In this document: positions 9,925 to 19,669 of the stretch, piece after piece | How the letters are laid out: each line of letters begins with the position of its first letter | How positions within the stretch are numbered: the stretch's first letter is position 1 | Assembly: GCA_001655205.1 (NCBI GenBank) | Contig: LPNZ01011722.1 | Coordinates: 1 to 37,358, forward strand | Direction of reading: 5' to 3' | Length of the DNA: 37,358 bases | Origin: Lenisia limosa | Taxonomy: Eukaryota; Protista; Breviatea | The notes under the pieces: model-generated | What the model was told of the DNA's origin: nothing | The model's input: the letters and a program-made list of their open reading frames with translations, nothing else | The model's database searches: none | Program-made: the position numbers and the translations under genes

Positions 9925-10897
9925 CCTAGTTGGTCTCCTCAGTAGCCTCCTCCTCTTTGGCTTCGCCTTCCTCAACCTACAACCAGTCATGAAAAAACAA
10001 CAAAGTAATCACATCAAAAAAGTAACCAGAAGCAAACCATTTCACCCTCAGCACGATAAGCATCCAAATCTTCGTCAAGAGCCTTGGCATCAGCAAGCAT
10101 GTACTAAAACGTCAATGGCAAATGTTGGCATTGCGCTCTGTGCAACTACCCAAAGGAAAACATGATATATTCAAGAAGTAGAGTGTATGTACTCCGTCAC
10201 AGCACTCAGTGGCGCCTTCACATACTGAGTCAAGATCCTTGTCGAGATCATCAGCACTCATGGACTTGGTGTTGGCTTGACGGTTGCCACGTCCACGGAC
10301 ATTGCGATCACCGCTGTTGTCGTTGAATCTGCGAGATCCTCCACGGCCACGACCGCGTCCACGTCCGCCACGGCGTTGGGGGTTGTCTAAGAAGGTTAGT
10401 GTGAAAGAGTGACGAAGTGCACTTGAAAAAAAAAGAAGAGAAAACATCTAAATACGTCTATTCCCATGAAAGAAGGAGAGAGGAAGGAGATGTGGGCTGG
10501 GGGGGGAAAAAAAGAAAGTTAATCCTCACTATAGTTGTTGTTCCTTCTGTCTTGGCGAACAGGCTGGGGGTTGCGGTACGAAGAAGAGGAAGAACCTCCT
10601 CCCATACTCAAATCGTTGCCTGTTCATAGTTTAGTTGGCTTCATCGAAGGAGCTTCCAATGGTATTCCAGATCAATTTAAATAATAACGATTTGCGAAGA
10701 GCAAGCCACCATACTGCGGCTGAGAGGATTCTCAAACTCCATCTGTTTGTTTTGTCCTAATAATGTTAGATACTTGATTCCTATAGTTAAAGAAACATAC
10801 CACGGTTGCCTCCACCTTGACGGCGGTTTCCACCACGTCCACCGCGTCCACCACGACGACGGCCTCCCTGGTTTCTGTTGTTATCGTTGTAGACCAT
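9925..10897 (-). CDS. CHTOP: CHTOP/Friend-of-PRMT1-like RGG-rich RNA-binding protein, no RRM
   Basis: Spliced product MVYNDNNRNQGGRRRGGRGGRGGNRRQGG...RRGGRGRGRGRGGSRR...KSMSADDLDKDLDSYMLADAKALDEDLDAYRAE...ATEETN*. The twice-repeated LDxxLDxY motif is the FoP duplication signature. ATG at 10897, TAG at 9925-9927. Confidence 0.7.
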
Positions 10898-10957
10898 TTT
10901 CTCCGTTTATTTGAAAAAAAAAAGCAATTTCCTGCCCCCAAAAAATTCTTAAATAAG

Positions 10958-10979
10958 ATATAAACTGTAGCGTTTATAT
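10958..10979. promoter_or_regulatory. Back-to-back TATA elements in the 152-bp divergent CHTOP-like/PRP18 promoter
   Basis: ATATAAAC-tgtagc-GTTTATAT, a perfect 8-bp inverted repeat giving TATAAA on each strand. Confidence 0.5.
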
Positions 10980-11049
10980 GTGTCCTCTTTTTACCAAGTT
11001 TTCTGGTCCCTTCTTGACCTCTTTGTGCTAATTACTAATATAAACAATA

Positions 11050-13417
11050 ATGGAAGCGCTTTTAGCGATCACAAAGAAAGTTAAGGCCGACACGGCCAAG
11101 AAAACAGGAGGCAAGAAGTACCTCAATCGGTATGCTTGCTTCGTGGTGTAGCTTTTTCTGTGTCTCTAATGACTTTGTAGAAAACAGATTCATCAGCAGG
11201 AAGTTGAGAGAAGAACGCAGGAAAAGGTTGAACTTCAGAAGAAGGAAGCCGAACGACTTGAGGCAAAACGGGAGGCCGAGGTTTGTTTCTTCAATACCGT
11301 TCCTTGATAGGCCTTTGGGTGAATATAATTCTCTCTTTAGAAGGAGATCTTTTTTATAGCTCGAAAGAAGCGCGAGGAAGAGGAGCGAAAGAAGGCAAGC
11401 AAAGAAATGAAGATCAAAATGCCCTTGGTAAGGCTTTGGGGGACTGGTTTTTAGAGCAGAGAGTTACTCTTTTTCTTACTCAAAAATGCAGGAGGAGCTG
11501 ATTAGGCGATTCCGTGAATTGGAAGAACCTATTATCCTTTTTGGAGAGGAGTACAAGGACCGTTATCTCCGACTGAGGAAGCTTGAAATGGTTGGCTTTG
11601 TTGTCCTTGTCTTCGAATTGCCCACCTCTCCAGATCACTCATGTATAGGAACGATCGGAGAAGGAAAGTCGAATGCCAGGTCATCAAAATGAGCTTCAAA
11701 AAGTTTGCCCAACAGTTTTCAACAGATTTTTTAAGTTATTCAAGCTAAACCACAGCTATTCCTTCCTGTTTCTTATTCATATTTATCAATAAGTCCCCCG
11801 TTTTGTTTCTTCTGTATTAATGGCAACTTTTATTTTGCTTTAAAAAGAAGATTCGAATACGATGCTCACACAACTGAGATCTTAATAGTTACTACACAGG
11901 TTCTCAAGGAACAAACTGAGGAGGAAATCACTGGTGAACGTGGAGACGATCGATCGGTAAGATTTTGGGTATCATCTGAGAGGGTAAATTATTGGTATTT
12001 TTCGAAAGAGGTATTGTCATTTTTTTGCACATTAACCCCCAAAGGCCCAAGCGGACGAAGAACTATTCCGCTGCTCAACTGAAGAGCTTGCTGAGAAAGT
12101 TTTATTCAAGCCTTATCAGTCGTATGATGGAGGGAGATTAAGGCTTGAACGGCACTAACGCATCTCTCTGCTTTTTTATTTTTTCATCATTTCTATATTA
12201 GATGTTGTCATCAGCCATCCCTTTATATCTTTTTAGGGCGGATTGCACGAGGGAGAACTACATCTACTGGTTCTTCAAGTGGGGGGTTGAATGACGGTTG
12301 TGTTAGAGTTTTTTTTTTTTTTTNNNNNNNNNNNNNNNNNNNNNNNNNNNNNNNNNNNNNNNNNNNNNNAATTTACGATCTTGAACTCCAAACCCGAACA
12401 ACAGAAGAGAAAATCTCTCATTTGGGTGAGCTTCCTTATGTTTCATGGTGCAATGGTTCGAACTAATAACCAAACGAAGAACCCAAAATTCTAAAATAGT
12501 ACTCTCAGGAGACGTATCATTACGTTTATCTTCTGGCGAATCTAAGTGAACTTTAGGGCGAACAAAGACCGCAAAATTCACCCAACTCAAACAGTTTATT
12601 ACTCCATTCTTCAAGAAGTTGATAGAGGAGGTAAGAACTTGGGATGTTCGTGCTAAGCAAATGGGTTTACCCTCCCGTACTTGACAAAGGATAATGGTAA
12701 CTTCTCTAGAAATTGGAGCCTGAAGTGAAAGAAGGCTTCTTTAAAATTGTGTCCGAAATGCAACTGAAGGAATACATGAAAGGTTGGTAAAACAATTGTT
12801 TTTGTGCATTTGTTGTAGATTTTATATGTTCCTACATGTTTCGCTCGGTCTTAGGTTCCGTCATAACTTCAAGCAATGTTTCTAACCCTGTAGCAAATGA
12901 CGCCTATCTAGAACTCGCAATTGGAAAGTAAGTGATAATAGTGTGATACTGTTTAAACCATATTTTATCGATATCTGTTTTCTTGTAGCACATTGTTCAA
13001 CTTATCCATATAGCGCCGCCTGGCCAATGGGTGTGACAAACGTCGGTATTCATATGAGACAGGCCCGNNNNNNNNNNNNNNNNNNNNNNNNNNNNNNNNN
13101 NNNNNNNNNNNNNNNNNNNNNNNNNNNNNNNNGGACGTTGGTGGAGCATGATAGCGGTGCACAATAGAAGATATCGTATTATTTCTGTATTGATAATGAA
13201 TGATAGTCATATTTTACACTTGGCAGATGTTCTAAATGATGAAACACAACGAAAGTACTTCCAGTCAATCAAACGGCTAATGACTTATTGTCAGAACACG
13301 TTCCCCACTGGTTTGCTGAAGATCTCTTTGAAATTATCATCCACACGTGGATATTGTTACTGATTGCATTTCTGATGAGGTTTTGACACTTTAGAATTAT
13401 CCAAGACCCAAGGATAA
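11050..13417 (+). CDS. PRPF18: Pre-mRNA splicing factor Prp18
   Basis: PRP4-like motif [33 protein letters not shown] and conserved C-domain [26 protein letters not shown]...[31 protein letters not shown] 11050; likely stop 13415-13417; two N-gaps. Confidence 0.95.
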
Positions 13418-13794
13418 AATCATCATAGCATCAACCANNNNNNNNNNNNNNNNNNNNNNNNNNNNNNNNNNNNNNNNNNNNNNNNNNNNNNNNNNNNNNN
13501 NNNNNNNNNNNNNNNNNNNNNNNNNNNNNNNNNNNNNNNNNNNNNNNNNNNNNNNNNNNNNNNNNNNNNNNNNNNNNNNNNNNNNNNNNNNNNNNNNNNN
13601 NNNNNNNNNNNNNNNNNNNNNNNNNNNNNNNNNNNNNNNNNNNNNNNNNNNNNNNNNNNNNNNNNNNNNNNNNGCATCTCTGTTGCCCACCATTGGAGGG
13701 GCAAGCAACACCATCTTTTGTCCACGGGTTTGTCACCAAGTGAGAGGGCTGGGTATAAAAAAAGCAAAGCAGGAATTCGCGAGAGCTTATTATG

Positions 13795-16700
13795 TTATAA
13801 AGCTGCCTGAGGGTATAAAACTCAAGCAAGCATACCAACAGAAAAACGCAATCATAATAATGACCCCCCCCCCCAACTGGCTGGGTTACAGGGTCTTCAG
13901 AAGCCCCAACGCCCATGAGACTTGAAGAATCTATCTGCTCAGTAGGTGCCAGGGCATCCTAAGAGAATCAATTGGGTCTTCCGGTCCGAAAACGGTTGCT
14001 GTTCCATTGACATTGACTACGCTTACATTGTGACTTTCGGGGGTGATATGCGGCTGGTCTGGCTCACCAAAACTGTCCTAAAACGTTAGTGTAAGTTTCA
14101 AGAGTTTTTTATCGACATGTCGACTCCACAGTTCACTATGTCCTAATTTCCTAGGTATGAAAAGGAGATATTCTTACACTGAAACCGTTTGTAACGTTTT
14201 GTAGGGGCAAAGACTAGTCATAATAGTTGTAGCGTACCAGTTGCAAGCCCTCAAGATCAGCAGCAGTGACATTGTTTAGGAATGAAGATGAAAACGAGGC
14301 TCCCGTGTGTTGGAGTGTCGGGGGTCGACGAGGGGGGGCAAGGCGCATGGGCATGGGTGTTGCTGGAGGATAATTGAACAGCAGAATACGGGTGTGAAAA
14401 CAGTACCACACACAATTGTACGGAGAAGTATCAGCCTTCAAAACTCAAATTCAATGAGACACTCAGACACAACCTAATATTCCTCTTTTCCATAAAAAAA
14501 AAGCCTCCTACATCCTGGGGTGTTGTTGGCGGTGATTGCGGGGAGGGGGGTGAGGGGGACAAGCCCGGCATTATTGGCTGAATGGTCAAAGGAGAGAAAT
14601 AAGAAAGATATTAAGCTTCTAAGTGATATGACAATGTAGAATTATATTAATTCAGTATTTAGAACTTGAAGGTGCTACACGAAGACTGCCTTCGTATTAT
14701 TATTTGTTAATACTTCAAATGTTGCCTTCAAAAAGGTCAAAAGAAATGTTGATCCCCCCCCCTTCCCCCACAGTCCATTGGGAGGGACGAAATTGATGTG
14801 GAAGCCATTTGGACAAGCCCCATCATTTGCGTAACGACTGCGTTGAGAGTAGTCGGGTCTGCCTGGGTCATTTGCGTCTAAAAAAAGTCAACATCTTCAG
14901 CATTCAGTTTCACAATCAAGAAAAGGTAAAGTATACTTCAAATGAGAATCAGACACAGACCTGCAACTGCAGCATGAGGCCCTGGAGATGTTCCACTGAT
15001 GTCGATTGTGCGGATTGCACCGTAACCGACGGAATGGCGGGCATTGGGGGTTGTGCGTCAGGCATTGGGGGTTGTGCGTCAGGCATTGCGGCATCAGGTT
15101 GGACAGCAATCACTGGTAGAAGGTCGTTTTGGGAGGGAACTTCAACTACCGGGGCCAATAATGCTGGTTCGATCTATCAAGTAAACAAAGGTCTTCAAAA
15201 GTGATCAAGTAACAAGGAAATTTCGCGAAAATGGCATAGGAAGGGATTAACGATTATGATATGAAGGAAGCTAAGGGCCTACTCTCGCAGGTCTTGGCTG
15301 GACCGGTTGTGGCTGTGCGATTGGGGACTGAATGTCACATTGGCATACACGATACAATTATTTTCACTTATCCTATATCTAATGTTCTTAAATAAACATG
15401 TGTAGGCAGAGGCAACAAACAACCTAGTGTGTGTAGTATTGGGTATAACAAGCATTCAGCCTTGGCAGAGTGTGGATACTTACCTCGACAGTTGGAGTGT
15501 TTTGGGGGATTGTATTTTGGGAAGAGTCGTTTACTTCATTGGAAATAGGGGCTGGTGGAGGCGGCGACATTCCTAGAGAATGAGGGGTCCATGAATGAAG
15601 GAATTCATTGAGCTCTTTTATTTCTCATTTCGTTGACTCTAGTACTATTCACTAAACATTGATACTAGTCTCTTTGCGTACCACTCGGGGGAGCCTCATC
15701 TCCCTCTCGACAGTCAATGTAGGGAGGTGGTGGGCCTAAACCGTTATAAAAGACGCGTCAACAGATAAACAGTAATGAAAGTTAGTTTCAATGGGTTTAA
15801 ACCCTTTCGAAATGGCATGAAAATAAAAAATAACACGTGGTGGTGAGTCATTTAGCTTAGTGTATCCAAAATTGGCATAAGTGGCTTTATAACGCTTACC
15901 GTTCCCCGGGTTTTGTCTTGACCTTGAGCCTCGATTATTACTACAGCATCAAAAACAGTTCAACAATAACTTGCTATATGCTCATGATTGTACAATAGTA
16001 ACAATAATATGATTTTTGTAGTAAAGGTAGGAACATTTATTAACGAATTAGTCAAAACATCAATATTAAAGAGTTTATTATGGTAGGACAAACCTCAACG
16101 CCCTTGTTCTGCCTTGAATTCTTGACCTAAAAAGTGACATGATACCGTTGAAACGCACAAGGTTGGTGGAAAATACAATCAAGAGCAGACAGGAGGAAAG
16201 CACGACTCCTAGGCAAACTCCAGTCCCCACAAACCCTTGAGCAACATATGGACCCTCAGGGTTGAGGCGGTTTGGATGTAGACAATCCTTGAATGAAAAG
16301 GAGAGCCCGCCAACAACAACAATGCTTCGGTCGTACAGTCTTGCCTGCTCGTTCTCCCTGCGAGGTGAGTTGTGAAGAAGGGGTCTTGACTTGCATAACA
16401 AGGGAACATTAGCAACAAGCTGGGTTTTGGCCATTTAAAAACCTGTATTTCTTCAATAGGCCCAATTACCTCAGTTTAACACCATCAACTATTGTACCAT
16501 GTCGGCCATAGTTCTCAATTAAAAAGTAATCAATCCGCTCATCAAGGTAAATCACGCAGTGGACTCTCGAGACAAAATGGCTTTCGCATCCCTGTAGGGT
16601 GAGGTTCGGAGTGCAAGAAATAGCACGCAAAACATGGTAAATCCTTAATAACAATCGATTTTCCAGAGGAGATGAAGTCCTTCTATTCATGAGTAATAAT

Positions 16701-17448
16701 GTTAGAAACGACTGTGTTATTAAATCCTCCGAGGAAAATTTCGGCCCTATGACCTGTGCCCAAGACTTATCCCACTCCACTTGCGTTATTCATTTCCATC
16801 CAGGATATGTTATCATCCTTCATTTCAGTGGAAACTTCACTCCTTGTACCCACCTCCACGTTGGATAAGTCGAGGTCAACGAACTCATCCGCATTGTACC
16901 GGCCAAGAAGAACGTTCTTGTAGAAGATGGGGAAGGTCAAGGGGCGTGCTGAAAGTCAGACTGGCCTTTCACAATTTTTATTAATTGTTCAATCAGCGTT
17001 TGGGAAGCGTTTGACCTACAGCTGAGTTTGGCGATTGTTTCGTCGTATCGCTCCCCGGCATTGTATCGCTAAACAGTGAAGAGAAACTTATGAAACATCT
17101 ATTCGAAATAAAACGTGTTTTGGGCATTTATCACGTAAATAGTGCAGACCTGTTCTCTAGGGTCAGAAAACTGGGCTTCTGGCCGAAGAGAAGTCACTGG
17201 CTGCAGTTGTGTGCCTTCTGGAATGGGGATGACACAATCTGGCAAAAGGAACCTGATGGGAGGACGGGCCAAACCATTAACAAGCTTCTTTGATGTGGAT
17301 TTCTTAAACTTGACAAGAAGAATCGAGAGGGCCACAAGGAGAGCAAGAGCAACGAAGACAAGAACATAAATGGCCTGAGCTATAAGTCATACCTGAAGGC
17401 CCAAAAACTCACCACTTCGGAGTCTAATCCTTTTATATAGGATAGCAT
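13795..17448 (-). CDS. FHA-domain protein with long Pro/Ser/Gln-rich low-complexity C-terminus; 3' end uncertain
   Basis: Spliced exons give VLLGRYNADEFVDLDLSNVE / GCESHFVSRVHCVIYLDERIDYFLIENYGRHGTIVDGVKL / ENEQARLYDRSIVVVGGLSFSF, carrying the FHA GR, SRxH and GT motifs, followed by many small Pro-rich exons. ATG 17448 (MLSYIKGLDSEVVEFLGLQ). Confidence 0.75.
15040..15088 (-). repeat. 21-bp coding tandem repeat (2.3 copies) encoding MPDAQPP
   Basis: ggcattgggggttgtgcgtca at 15040-15060 and 15061-15081 plus a partial third copy. Confidence 0.95.
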
Positions 17449-17877
17449 GTCGATTTTAGTCGGAATACTACCTTATACTTTCAACAGTGGTCATTATCAA
17501 GGCAACATGAATGATACAAGGCTACTCTCCGCTACAAAATTTCAATTTAAGTCGCTTACAAATATTTACTCTGATTATTTAGATATTTGGTTGAGTTACT
17601 TACTTGTTTTTCAAAATCAGTTAAATAACAGTCTAAATTCGAATTGTGACTGAACTATAAATTGAAATTTTTTAAAGTTCGCGAAAAGCGACCAATCTTT
17701 ACCATATAGCCGTTAAGTTTTTGATATTTTGATTTTAAAAAAGCTCATTGCGGCAAAAGCGAGCAAAAGTATTTGCTCTTTTCGCCCCTCATACTATAAC
17801 ACTTCATAACAAGCTTGTCTCAAGACTTTCTGAAAGTTATTATTTAGCACCTGTTTCTAATCCCAGCCAAGCCGGCC

Positions 17878-19559
17878 ATGGGGGGTGGCCAAAGTAAAGA
17901 GGATGACTTACATGACCATCAGTCCGTCGAGATCACGGTATGGAATATGGATGTTTTTTTTTGTTTGTTTGTTTATTGAATGTTGTTGGCAAGCTTTTCT
18001 TGTTTTGCCCAAGTTTTTGACTGTTCTTCTTTGACAATCGTCTCAGTCCGGGAGGTCAATCAAGGTGCCGGTTCTGGGCAACTCAGAAGTCGGCAAAACA
18101 GCATTGATTTCTCGATATACAAAGGCATTCCTTCCACAGGTTTACGAGCCAACAAAAAGGGGTATGTCCAAGAGTGTTCATAAGGCCAATGTACATGTCA
18201 TAATATATTAACAACATGAATTGGTTTGCTGATTCTATTTCCTTCTTTCTTTTAGATATCATTCTGCAATTTAATGACCAATGTAGCCACTGTGTCGTTT
18301 CGTCCTGGGGTGTTATCAGCACGATCAACAGCCGTCTTGCAGCTTTGGGACACCCCGGGTACGGTTTATGGAATCTCTCATTTGGATGTCTATCTCAAAG
18401 ATGTACGTCTGGGTTTCAACTCACATAAGATATCGTATTTTCTCATATATATAGCTAATTTATTGAAAGTGACATTGACCAGTAGCTTTGCTGATAAATC
18501 TTAGTATTTCTGTTTGTTGCATTATGAAAGCTCAAAAGGGTGTCTCTCACCCCCCCCCCCAGGCCGAAGCAGTTGTGCTGGTAGTGGACGTCAGCCAGGC
18601 CGCGTCTCTATTGCACATCACAAAATGGAGAAAAGAAATCATAAAACATCTCAGTTAGCTGGCTTAGAAATCTTTCCTCTTTAACCAAGTGAGGAACCAA
18701 CTACCCATAATGATATGGTATTGTAGTATAATGGGAAGGCCACTTTCTGGTGATCATATTGGATTGTGCAACATTGTTGTACACAAACCCAAGTATTTCC
18801 TACATATCTGACCTGACCAGCTGGTGTCAATGACGCGACACTTGAAGATGACGAAATAGCTGAGCGTAGGCCAATTTTGACATTCTCATGCATTTAGCTT
18901 TCCCCATTCCCGTGCTGCTACTTTGTAATAAAGTAGGGGGTTTCTGTTCTATTACATCTTGTTCTTACAGACTTGTGCTGAAGTTTGGTATCATATTAAA
19001 AAAAACCTCATTTTGATACTAGTTGTGGTTAACGTATTATACATTTGCTATGGTATCGGTGAATCACCTTTATAAAAATGTAATTCTCACATTCACAACA
19101 ACGTTAGTGTGAATCCACGAATAGAGCAGTTACATTTGAACAACTTGAGAAAGCAGCAGCAAGATATCAGTTCCTGGGGCCTCGAGAAGTCTCAGCAGTG
19201 ACCGAACAAGGTGGGTGCATTTCTTGACATGGGGAATTTACAAATATGATGGCATTGGTGATCTTGTATCTTGCATTATTCTCACCTGCTGGTAGGTATA
19301 AGGGATGCGTTTGACCACCTTTTGGGCATTTGCAATGGAGATGTCATTGCATTTCCTCCCAAAATGCCCAAATTAAGAACCAAAGAAGGTTTGTGAGTTC
19401 ATTTAGAGAACAAACACCACTAGTGTTAATATGTCATTATACATGCTTAATCTTCAAGAATTACCCACTCCAACGCCAACCGAAACCCCAGGAAACCCAT
19501 CTTTGGAAGTACTTCTCCAAGATGGAACAGGCACCATGGCCACAGTCATTGATGATTAA
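17878..19559 (+). CDS. Atypical Ras-superfamily (Rab-like) small GTPase, N-myristoylation motif, no C-terminal prenylation motif
   Basis: Exons give MGGGQSK..., G1 GNSEVGKT, G2 YEPT, G3 LQLWDTPGT, AEAVVLVVDVS, G4 LLLCNKCE (predicted splice 18933-19107), G5 EVSA, and C-terminus ...GTMATVIDD* (TAA 19557-19559). Confidence 0.85.
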
Positions 19560-19669
19560 TTATATATGATATATTAAGAAAACAATCAGCTATGTAGTGT
19601 TGTACATAGTGTCTCATGTTGTACATAGTTTTTTTGAAACTGGAATTGTTATGATTTGTTTTATGTACA

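Noticed and set aside
17309-17392. Apparent TM helix AIYVLVFVALALLVALSILLV reachable through an 18-nt micro-intron (17375-17392) in the FHA gene
   Set aside because: More simply the pyrimidine tract of an 84-nt intron ending at 17309, which keeps the frame; other introns here are much longer than 18 nt.
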